From contig CAZSRV010000002.1 in assembly GCA_964609815.1 (NCBI GenBank), positions 1-43,067 of the forward strand: a stretch of 43,067 nt of DNA. The letters are read 5' to 3'. Position 1 is the stretch's first letter, and each line of letters begins with the position of its first letter. A model generated the notes under the pieces. That model made no database searches. It was not told the origin of the DNA and saw only the letters and a list, made by a program, of their open reading frames with translations. The position numbers and the translations under genes are program-made. The stretch comes from an uncultured Candidatus Saccharibacteria bacterium (GTDB lineage Bacteria > Patescibacteriota > Saccharimonadia > Saccharimonadales > 2-12-FULL-41-12). Shown here piece after piece: positions 16,905 through 25,125 of the stretch.

Positions 16905-19514
16905 CTACTTTCGGCCCTTGCGACGACGTTGACGTTCGGCTTTTCTAGCTTTTTTCTTCTTATTGTGGGCTTTTTTCTTGATAGCTGCTTCTTGTTTTTC
17001 AGTACTAAAGTCAGCTTCGCTAAACTCTTCAGCCTCGGTAATACGATCGGCATTATCTACCGAATTACGGGCAGCCTTAGTTAGCTCAGTCTCTACTGAT
17101 CTATTCATCTGGCTTGGATCAATTGGTCGGACATGGAATAAATTACGCACCACTTCATGACGTAGGTCAATCTGCATTTTTTCAAAAATTATTTGAGCTT
17201 GGCGACGATACTCCACTAGCGGATCGCGCTGACCAACGCTCATCCAAACAATTCCTTCACGCAAATGTTGCATATTTTCTAGGTGCTGCATCCAGTAATT
17301 ATCTAGCGTCTGCAAGTACAGATCACGTTCAATTTTGCGTAACATCTCAGGACCAAAACGCTCTTCTTGCTCTTTATAAAGCTCATGAGCTTCCTTAATA
17401 AGTTCTTTTTCAAACTTTTGAGCCGGTTGATCAAACAGTTTATCTAGAGTGGTTTCATCAAAAGGAAATACATGCTTTATGGTGTCCTCATATTTATCAG
17501 TTGTTGCAAGCGGTGACTCAGCTATATCTTTAGCCTCTGATTCAATAAACTCTTTTACGCGCTTGCTAATATCGGCATGCTTCAAAATCTCACTACGCAT
17601 ACTATAGGTCGCAATACGGTGCCGGTTCATAACATCATCGTATTTAACAACGTCTTTTCGGCTATCAAAATGGAATCCTTCAATCTTTTCTTGAGCACCC
17701 TCCAGACCTTTGCTAATTACACGATGCTCAATCGGTGTAGAGTCATCAACTTTTAGACGACCCATAAGCGCACCGATGCGCTCGGCACCAAAAATACGCA
17801 TTAAATCGTCTTCTGTGCTAACAAAGAATCGACTCTCACCAGGATCGCCCTGCCTACCAGAACGACCACGCAACTGATTATCAATTCGGCGTGATTCATG
17901 CCTTTCCGAACCAATCACTACCAAACCGCCAGCTTTTTTGGCTGTTTCGTCTAATATAATGTCGGTTCCACGACCAGCAATGTTAGTAGCCAAAGTCACA
18001 GCACCCTTTTGGCCAGCCTTGGAAATTATATTAGCCTCACGCTCGTTGTTTTTGGCGTTTAGTACGTTGTGAGCGATACCTGCTTTCTTTAGTAACGCAC
18101 CCAAAATTTCATTCTTTTCGATAGATACGCTACCAATCAGTACCGGTTGACCTTTTTTGTTTAGTCTCTTTACTTCCTCTATAATCGCCCTGAACTTACC
18201 GGCTTCGCTACGATAAATCCTATCTTGATGGTCTTCGCGAATAGTAGGCTTGTTAGGCGGAACTTGAACAACATCTAATTTATAAACCTGGTGAAATTCC
18301 TCTGCTTCAGTCTCGGCAGTACCAGTCATGCCAGCCAGTTTGTCGTACAATCTAAAGTAATTTTGGAACGAGATAGTTGCCAGAGTCATTGACTCTTCCT
18401 GAATGTCTATACCTTCCTTAGCCTCAATAGCTTGGTGTAAACCTTCGTTATAACGCCGACCTTTTAGCAAACGTCCGGTAAACTCGTCAACGATTACTGC
18501 TTCGCCATCAACTGTTACTACATAATCCTTATCACGCTTAAACAAAGCTTGAGCCTTCAATGCCTGCTCTAAGTGATACAAAGTCCGAATATTATTAGCG
18601 TCATACAAATTTTTTATACCCAAAACTTTTTCTACTTGGCTAATACCCTCATTTGTCAAAGTCACTGCCTTGCGTTTTTCGTCTACTTCATAATGCTCGT
18701 CTTTCTTTAGACCTCTAACCACCTTAGCAAATTGAATATAAGACGCACCGCTAGCTGTAGACGGTGCCGAGATAATAAGCGGTGTTCTAGCCTCGTCAAT
18801 CAAAATTGAGTCTACCTCGTCCACAATGGCAAAGTTAAGATCACGCTGGCGTAATTGGCTAGTTTCTTGAACCATATTGTCACGCAAATAATCAAAGCCG
18901 AATTCATTGTTGGTTCCATAGGTTATATCAGCATTATAAGCTTCTTGGCGAGTGCATGGTTTTAACACGCGCATTCTAGGATCTTCATGATCTTTATTCT
19001 CATACTCTCTATCAATGATAAATGACTGGTCAGCTACAATTACACCTACATTTAAACCCAAAAAATCATAAACTAAGCCCATCCAAGACGCGTCACGTTG
19101 AGCTAGATAATCATTAACCGTGACTACATGAACGCCCTTTTCGCTAAGAGCATTTAGATAAACCGGCAATGTGGCCACCAAAGTTTTACCTTCACCAGTA
19201 CGCATCTCGGCGATCTTACCTTCGTGCAAAACCATACCACCGATTAGCTGAACATCAAAGTGACGCATTTTAATAACTCGCTCCGATACCTCGCGAACCA
19301 AAGCAAAAGCATCTGGCAAAATCTTACTTAGATCACCTTTTGCTTCGCCATTTAAGCGTTTCTTTAGTACTTTTGTCTGTTCTTTGAGCTGTTTGTCAGA
19401 CATTTTTTTATATTTGCCAGACAAGACGTTTATGTCTTTAACTTTTTTGGTAAGTCGTTTTAGTGTCCTGATCTGCGGATCACCCAATGCGCGTTTTAAA
19501 ACCTTATTTTTCAT
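16905..19514 (-). CDS. secA: preprotein translocase ATPase SecA
   Basis: 869 aa: MRTGEGKTLVATL, DEVDSILIDEARTPLIIS, TNIAGRGTDI. The C-terminus is a poly-Lys/Arg tail instead of the Cys/His zinc finger. Confidence 0.97.
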   Translation of the reverse strand: MKNKVLKRALGDPQIRTLKRLTKKVKDINVLSGKYKKMSDKQLKEQTKVLKKRLNGEAKGDLSKILPDAFALVREVSERVIKMRHFDVQLIGGMVLHEGKIAEMRTGEGKTLVATLPVYLNALSEKGVHVVTVNDYLAQRDASWMGLVYDFLGLNVGVIVADQSFIIDREYENKDHEDPRMRVLKPCTRQEAYNADITYGTNNEFGFDYLRDNMVQETSQLRQRDLNFAIVDEVDSILIDEARTPLIISAPSTASGASYIQFAKVVRGLKKDEHYEVDEKRKAVTLTNEGISQVEKVLGIKNLYDANNIRTLYHLEQALKAQALFKRDKDYVVTVDGEAVIVDEFTGRLLKGRRYNEGLHQAIEAKEGIDIQEESMTLATISFQNYFRLYDKLAGMTGTAETEAEEFHQVYKLDVVQVPPNKPTIREDHQDRIYRSEAGKFRAIIEEVKRLNKKGQPVLIGSVSIEKNEILGALLKKAGIAHNVLNAKNNEREANIISKAGQKGAVTLATNIAGRGTDIILDETAKKAGGLVVIGSERHESRRIDNQLRGRSGRQGDPGESRFFVSTEDDLMRIFGAERIGALMGRLKVDDSTPIEHRVISKGLEGAQEKIEGFHFDSRKDVVKYDDVMNRHRIATYSMRSEILKHADISKRVKEFIESEAKDIAESPLATTDKYEDTIKHVFPFDETTLDKLFDQPAQKFEKELIKEAHELYKEQEERFGPEMLRKIERDLYLQTLDNYWMQHLENMQHLREGIVWMSVGQRDPLVEYRRQAQIIFEKMQIDLRHEVVRNLFHVRPIDPSQMNRSVETELTKAARNSVDNADRITEAEEFSEADFSTEKQEAAIKKKAHNKKKKARKAERQRRRKGRK

Positions 19515-19535
19515 AAACTTCTATTATTACTTCCC

Positions 19536-19553
19536 TCGTAAATTTCGTAAATT
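19536..19553. repeat. perfect tandem 9-mer (tcgtaaatt x2) in the secA upstream region
   Basis: Read directly: 19536-19544 and 19545-19553 are identical. They lie between a TATAAT (rc of 19568-19573) and the secA ATG at 19514. Confidence 0.8.
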
Positions 19554-19613
19554 TTAAGTTAACTAATATTATACCCTAAAAAGGAAGAATAATCCGCATA
19601 AATATGTTGTAAC

Positions 19614-19997
19614 TTAAGACGCTACTGTCTCAGGTTGACTTGTGCGACGTAATTTAGCCGTAATCCGGCGCGCCAAACGACCTGGGGTATGGGTATTCTT
19701 GTATTGTCTAAGCTGATTTTTTAAGTTATCCTCAGTTTCATCAATCGCCGCCAAAAAACTAGTGCTACTTCGATGAGCAGTTATGGTCCTACTACCCGGC
19801 AATTTTATAATTACTTCACACTCTTTGGTATTTTTGTCTTTGGATTTCTTTTGCTTTAACTTAACCTCGGCACTAGCGCTAGCACGAGCGCGCAAAGGTA
19901 TAAACTTCTCTAATGCACCTATTTTCTTACGAGCATATTGACGCTCTTTTTCAGTTATTTGGCTGTGAACACCGCTGATAGTTAAATTGTTAAGCAT
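19614..19997 (-). CDS. hpf: ribosome hibernation promoting factor / RaiA family protein
   Basis: 127 aa with N-terminal LTISGVHSQITEKERQYARKKIGALEKF and AAIDETEDNLKNQLRQYK. In the classic position upstream of secA. Confidence 0.65.
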   Translation of the reverse strand: MLNNLTISGVHSQITEKERQYARKKIGALEKFIPLRARASASAEVKLKQKKSKDKNTKECEVIIKLPGSRTITAHRSSTSFLAAIDETEDNLKNQLRQYKNTHTPGRLARRITAKLRRTSQPETVAS

Positions 19998-20063
19998 ATA
20001 GAATCCTTTCTTTAGATGACCTATGCTTTGGATTATACGCCAATTTTAATTATCTAAAGTGAT

Positions 20064-21317
20064 TTAAATCGCTTCACGGCCACCCATGTATGAGCGCAAA
20101 ACTTCTGGAATAACAACATTGCCTTGGCCATCTTGATAATTATCAATCACGGCTATTAATGCCCTGGCTAACGATACAGCTGTACCGTTAAGCGTATGCA
20201 AGGTTTCAGTCTTGCCATCAGATGACCTGCGAACACGAATATTTAGGTTACGAGCCTGAAAATCAGTACAATTAGAACAACTGGTTAGCTCCCTATAAGT
20301 TTGATCAATCGGCGACCAATATTCTATGTCATACTTTTTGGCAGCTGGAGCACCCAAATCTCCACTAGCAATATTTACAACGCGATACGGGATATTTAAT
20401 GCCTGGCAAATTTCTTCTTCTGTCTGCAATATTTGCTCATGAATTTGCTGACTGTTGTCTGGCAAACTGTAGGCATACATCTCTAGTTTATTGAACTGAT
20501 GAACCCTGAAAAGCCCACGAGTGTGCTTGCCGTAAGCACCGGCTTCTTTACGATAACAAGGGCTATAAGCACAATAAAGCAGTGGCAAATCAGCCTCATC
20601 AATAATCTCATCAGCATGATAGCCAGTCAGTGGAATCTCAGCTGTAGCGATTAATGATAAATCTTCGCCTTCTATGAAGTACTCATCGCTTTGCTCGCTA
20701 CTACGTGGTGCGAAGCCAGTACCAGCCGCCACTTGGCTGTTAACCATGTGTGGCACTGTCATAAATTTAAAGCTTTTCTCGGTTACAAAGTTTAGTACAT
20801 ACTGGTATAAAGCATTTTCTAACAAAGCCAGATCGCCCTTTAGATAATAGAATTTATTGCCAGATACTTTGGCGCCGCGAGTAAAGTCTACCCAGTCTTT
20901 GCGAGTAGCCAGATCCAGATGATCTTCACCGCCACTATTATTCTCACCCCAAGTTTTTATTTCGGCATTAGCTGACTCATCACCAACTGGCACATCATCA
21001 CTGTGTAAATTAGGCACACTAGATAATAATTCCTTGTAAGCCGTCTCGGCCTGAGTTAGATATTCTTCACGTTCAGCTAATTCTATTTTTATCTGACGCC
21101 CCTCTTCTATAGCCTGCTCATCGGGCTTACCACCACTCTGTTTCATAGACTCGGCAATCTGATTACGTCTAGTACGTAACTCTTCTACAAATGTAAGCAA
21201 CTCCCGACGCTCAGAATCCAAAGCTAGTAGCCTATCAATATCTATATCATAGCCCTTCTCGGCTACTTTTTGTTTTACTAATCCGGGGTTATCCCTAACA
21301 ATTTGTATATCAATCAT
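20064..21317 (-). CDS. serS: serine--tRNA ligase
   Basis: N-terminal coiled-coil arm and class II motifs (FRVHQFNKLEMY, TLNGTAVSLARALIAVIDNYQ). Confidence 0.95.
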   Translation of the reverse strand: MIDIQIVRDNPGLVKQKVAEKGYDIDIDRLLALDSERRELLTFVEELRTRRNQIAESMKQSGGKPDEQAIEEGRQIKIELAEREEYLTQAETAYKELLSSVPNLHSDDVPVGDESANAEIKTWGENNSGGEDHLDLATRKDWVDFTRGAKVSGNKFYYLKGDLALLENALYQYVLNFVTEKSFKFMTVPHMVNSQVAAGTGFAPRSSEQSDEYFIEGEDLSLIATAEIPLTGYHADEIIDEADLPLLYCAYSPCYRKEAGAYGKHTRGLFRVHQFNKLEMYAYSLPDNSQQIHEQILQTEEEICQALNIPYRVVNIASGDLGAPAAKKYDIEYWSPIDQTYRELTSCSNCTDFQARNLNIRVRRSSDGKTETLHTLNGTAVSLARALIAVIDNYQDGQGNVVIPEVLRSYMGGREAI

Positions 21318-21332
21318 AACTTATAGTATATC

Positions 21333-22112
21333 TCACTTACTGGACTTTATATGTTTTAGAGTTAGCTCGGTGCGAGAACGAGCATAAGTACAATAACTAC
21401 ACGGTCCGCCCATAATATCTATACCAACTTTTGGCATATTATCATCGTCCATGCATTGCTTCATGTCGCCAATCGTCTTATCTACCCAGGTTGCGTCGCC
21501 AGTATATGGAATTATTTTTGTCCTAAATTCTACACGGTCGTTGAACTCGTCTAGGTCTAGCCGACCATTAGTATAAACAAAATAACCAGTGTCACTAACT
21601 GTAAAGCCATTGGCTCTAAGTAACCACTGATAAACTTCCATCTGGCGCTTGTAGGTTACCTGCCAACCGGCGTCTATGTTTACATCACTGTCTTTGGCGG
21701 TCGCTTTGTAGTCAACTACAATCAGCTCACCAGCGCCATTGACCCAAATATCATCTACCGCCCCAAAAATATGCAAATTAGTTGACTGATGCAAAGTAAA
21801 CACGCCCACAAAATTCTCACGCCATTGATCCAGACTATCATGCTCAAACGGCGTAGCTTCTACGCCGAATTCTACCATCATCGGATGTGGTTTTTTGGCC
21901 TTACGATAAGTATCAAATTCTTTCTTTAACAGATTGTCAATCGCCTGATTAATCCTAAATGGTGGTCCGTCCGGTCGTTTAATCTTTAGCCTAACGTCTA
22001 GCCAAAAACACCTTGGACACTGTGTAAACAACTCAATTTTACTCCGGCTAAGTTTAAAAGGCGTTTTTTGGCCCGGTTTGTAAGGCAAACTGCGTTCTCG
22101 GTAATATCCCAT
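21333..22112 (-). CDS. PD-(D/E)XK nuclease family protein with Cys cluster (Cas4/RecB-nuclease-like), stand-alone
   Basis: GAVDDIW, VVDYKAT (D-x-K), RQMEVYQW (QxxxY). Cys residues at CPRC (N-terminal) and C...CSYC (C-terminal). Confidence 0.6.
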   Translation of the reverse strand: MGYYRERSLPYKPGQKTPFKLSRSKIELFTQCPRCFWLDVRLKIKRPDGPPFRINQAIDNLLKKEFDTYRKAKKPHPMMVEFGVEATPFEHDSLDQWRENFVGVFTLHQSTNLHIFGAVDDIWVNGAGELIVVDYKATAKDSDVNIDAGWQVTYKRQMEVYQWLLRANGFTVSDTGYFVYTNGRLDLDEFNDRVEFRTKIIPYTGDATWVDKTIGDMKQCMDDDNMPKVGIDIMGGPCSYCTYARSRTELTLKHIKSSK

Positions 22113-22124
22113 TTGTATATTGTA

Positions 22125-22799
22125 TCAGAGTGAAGCTGCAATTATAGCAGCTGTTTCGGCTCGGAGCGTAAAATCTCCTAGACCAATACTTTGATAATCG
22201 TTATTGGCAAAGAATTGCAATTCATCTGAGCTCCAACCGCCTTCTGGACCAATCACAAAACCAATTTTACTTTCTGAATCCAAAGTTATTTTTTGATTGC
22301 CTTGATGACAGACATAAATTTTAACATCATCATATTCTGCCAAAGCTTTCTTTATATGAACCGGCTCGCGAACAGACGGAATATCACTACGCCAACATTG
22401 TTCGGCGGCCTCACTAACAATTTTTTGAGCCCGTTCGTGATTAAAATCTTTCTTGATTGTACGATCAGTTATCAGCGGCACAAAATTAGTCACGCCTAGT
22501 TCAGTAGCTTTTTGCAATATTAGTTCATTATTATCTTTTTTGAGCAGGCTCCAAAACAAGTAAACATGCTGCTTGGGTAAATTACGCTCTATTTCTGTTA
22601 CTAATGTTAAATGAGCTTCTTTATTGGTAATTTTGGCCACCCGGTACAGTCTATCTGTCTGCTGACCGTCAAATAATACCAGCTCCTGACCTTCCGAAAA
22701 CCGAAGCACCCGATTCCATTGCCAAAGTAAAGCCTCATCATGTAGCCAAAAATCTTTTTTTAATTCTAGCTGTGGTGTATAAAATCTATGAACTCGCAT
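22125..22799 (-). CDS. rsmE: 16S rRNA (uracil1498-N3)-methyltransferase
   Basis: MRVHRFY start (ATG at 22799, while the track start is an upstream TTG). C-terminal SPOUT motif GPEGGWS...LGDFTLRAETA. Confidence 0.85.
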   Translation of the reverse strand: MRVHRFYTPQLELKKDFWLHDEALLWQWNRVLRFSEGQELVLFDGQQTDRLYRVAKITNKEAHLTLVTEIERNLPKQHVYLFWSLLKKDNNELILQKATELGVTNFVPLITDRTIKKDFNHERAQKIVSEAAEQCWRSDIPSVREPVHIKKALAEYDDVKIYVCHQGNQKITLDSESKIGFVIGPEGGWSSDELQFFANNDYQSIGLGDFTLRAETAAIIAASL

Positions 22800-22803
22800 A
22801 AGC

Positions 22804-24075
22804 TTATTGTCGCACAAGTATCGCTAGCGACTCAATATGTGGCGTCCTAGGGAAAAAATTATAACCCACGATACTATCTATTTTATATTCACCCTGCAGG
22901 AACTTTAGGTCACGTACCTGAGTTGACGGATTACAACTTAGATAAATAATTTTTGGTGGTCTGACTTCTAGTAACTTATTTACCAAATCCTTATGTAGTC
23001 CAGCCCTGGGTGGATCACAAATTACAACCGAGTCGGAATCTATATACTCTAATGCCTTCTCGCTAGGGGCATGAATAACTTTCACATCACGACCAGCAGC
23101 ATTCACGGTAGCATATTTTATATTAGATTCATCTAGCTCTACTAATAATTTAGGATTATCAGTCCCTAAACCAATAGTACCAACACCACTGTACATGTCG
23201 GTTACTGGTAAATCACTGGCGACTTTATTTATGGCCGTCATTGCCTGGTTAAAAATATCAGTATTAACCTGAAAAAAACTAAAAACATCATATTTTATAG
23301 CCACATTATTTACCCGTCCAGTTAATATAATATCACCGTAAGTGTATAGGTCTTTAGTCCTAACGCTAGCTGGACTTTTGGGGTTAGAATAAACAATCAC
23401 TACACCCTGACAAACTTTATAAAGTTCTGGGATGTCTGAAAAATCAGAATCTTTAACAAACAGCGCGCAAACCACATTACCATCATTGTCGCAGCGCAAA
23501 ATTAGACTTTTTAGATCACCAGCTCGAACCTTATTTTGATCTAACGCAGCACAAACCCTACCAGCTACTTCATCTATTTCTGGCCTGGCTATACTACTAC
23601 CCTGAACAATTTGCTTATGATGAGTTCCACGATTATAAAGTGCCAAATGTAGCCCATCGTCATCACCCCAGAAGCTATACTCCATTTTGTTACGATAACG
23701 CCACTGATGCTCTGGAGCTATAAACTTTAGCTCACTATTATATTCCACAGATTCACGCTGATAAATCTCGGCTAGAATTTCTTGTTTGTGCTTATTTTCG
23801 GCCCCATAAGTCATCATCTGCCAAGGACTAGTGCTTAGGTACAAATCATCCTTGGGCTCAGTTCTATCTGGTGATGGGCTAATTATTTTAACAGCTAGAC
23901 CTTCGGCATAATCTTTCTTTAGTTTAGTTGTCTGGACCGTAACTTCTTCGCCTGGCAAAGCGTTCCAGACAAAGACTTTACGACCATCGGGCAATTCTCC
24001 CATTCCTTGTCCACCAAAGACAAGTTTACTAATTTTAACCTGAACTAATTGATTTTTGTTAGACCTCTTGGGCAT
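22804..24075 (-). CDS. TrmA/RlmD-family RNA (uracil-5)-methyltransferase with N-terminal TRAM domain
   Basis: TRAM-like N-terminus (VKISKLVFGGQGMGEL), FFQVN, DMYSGVGTIG, DPPRAGL, YLSCNPST. Confidence 0.8.
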   Translation of the reverse strand: MPKRSNKNQLVQVKISKLVFGGQGMGELPDGRKVFVWNALPGEEVTVQTTKLKKDYAEGLAVKIISPSPDRTEPKDDLYLSTSPWQMMTYGAENKHKQEILAEIYQRESVEYNSELKFIAPEHQWRYRNKMEYSFWGDDDGLHLALYNRGTHHKQIVQGSSIARPEIDEVAGRVCAALDQNKVRAGDLKSLILRCDNDGNVVCALFVKDSDFSDIPELYKVCQGVVIVYSNPKSPASVRTKDLYTYGDIILTGRVNNVAIKYDVFSFFQVNTDIFNQAMTAINKVASDLPVTDMYSGVGTIGLGTDNPKLLVELDESNIKYATVNAAGRDVKVIHAPSEKALEYIDSDSVVICDPPRAGLHKDLVNKLLEVRPPKIIYLSCNPSTQVRDLKFLQGEYKIDSIVGYNFFPRTPHIESLAILVRQ

Positions 24076-24077
24076 TA

Positions 24078-25061
24078 TTATTTACTAAAAGCTGCAAATA
24101 CTATAAGTACAATCAAAAACTTAGATATTTGGTCAATCCTAATATAGCGTTGTTCAAAAGTCACATGTTCGTAACGAGCTTTTTTGTTGATTGATGATCG
24201 CAAGTTTATAGTGTTCGCTACCCAAGTTAAAACTGAAACAGCAACCGCTGCATAAGCATACCAACTAAATCGCTCGGCACCGATTAGAGTAACTGTTACT
24301 AGGCTAGCCAGCATTGGTAAATGAGCTAATACCATTGTTAGTGTAGAGGCCCAAAAACCAAATTTGTGCGGAGTTTTGTTGCCAGCGTTTTCACGCTCGG
24401 CTACCCAACCAAATATAGAGCCAGCAAAGGCTAGCAGCCCAACAGTTACTAGAGTAGCAATATCTTGCACGCCGGCCATCAAAGTAACGGTAGATACCAA
24501 TATCGCACCAATAAACCCATAAAACAACCAACGATAACCAGAAATTCCGGCCTTTACAGTAGCCTCATAGCGCCTAAACAGCTTAGAGCCAATCATTAAC
24601 GAAATAATTGTTGTTAGACCCAAAATAACCACCAACAACCAACGCAGGTCAACATAACCCAGAACCTCAGTAGCGTTACCTAGTGTCACATGATCAGTAA
24701 CCGTAAAAGTATCTTTGGCCTGATAGCTCATTAGAATACCAATCTTGGCTACTTTAACAAAAACTAACGTTAGGATGATTAAAATAATGCCGGTTAGTAC
24801 ATTAGAGATATGCATACCGCGCAAACGATCCATTGGCGTTAGCTCAGGACGTTTGTTTTTAGTAGTTGCCTTAGATACAACTGATTCGCTAGCACTGGCT
24901 GGCTTTTTGGCCTTGGCGCTAGCCGATTTTTTAACTGGCGTCTTAGCAGCAGCTACAGTCTTTGCAGATGCCGAAACAGACTTTTTAGCATTAGCTACAG
25001 TTTTTTTAGTTGTTGGTTTTTTCTTGGCTGCCGGCTTTTTGGCAGTAGTTTTGGTTGCCAT
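24078..25061 (-). CDS. heliorhodopsin-like 7-TM protein fused to an N-terminal Lys/Ala-rich low-complexity tail
   Basis: Seven TM helices with a long TM1-TM2 loop. FRRY...YRWLFY...QDIATL...FGWVAER and the last helix YIRIDQISKFLI align, from memory, with heliorhodopsin 48C12 (FKRY...FRWVEY...ADIVAL...FGWLQEK; YIVLSLVAKSAL). The tail reads MATKTTAKKPAAKKKPTTKK.... Confidence 0.5.
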   Translation of the reverse strand: MATKTTAKKPAAKKKPTTKKTVANAKKSVSASAKTVAAAKTPVKKSASAKAKKPASASESVVSKATTKNKRPELTPMDRLRGMHISNVLTGIILIILTLVFVKVAKIGILMSYQAKDTFTVTDHVTLGNATEVLGYVDLRWLLVVILGLTTIISLMIGSKLFRRYEATVKAGISGYRWLFYGFIGAILVSTVTLMAGVQDIATLVTVGLLAFAGSIFGWVAERENAGNKTPHKFGFWASTLTMVLAHLPMLASLVTVTLIGAERFSWYAYAAVAVSVLTWVANTINLRSSINKKARYEHVTFEQRYIRIDQISKFLIVLIVFAAFSK

Positions 25062-25125
25062 ATTAAATTTTCTCCTTAACTCCTAATAATACTAATATAC
25101 CATACCTGGTTATATATCTGTCGGA

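Noticed and set aside
24745-25086. 113-aa plus-strand ORF antisense to the 5' end of the heliorhodopsin-like gene
   Set aside because: It is the mirror image of the Lys/Ala low-complexity coding repeat (GCx/AAG-rich DNA is open on the opposite strand). It has no SD and lies entirely inside a better-supported gene.
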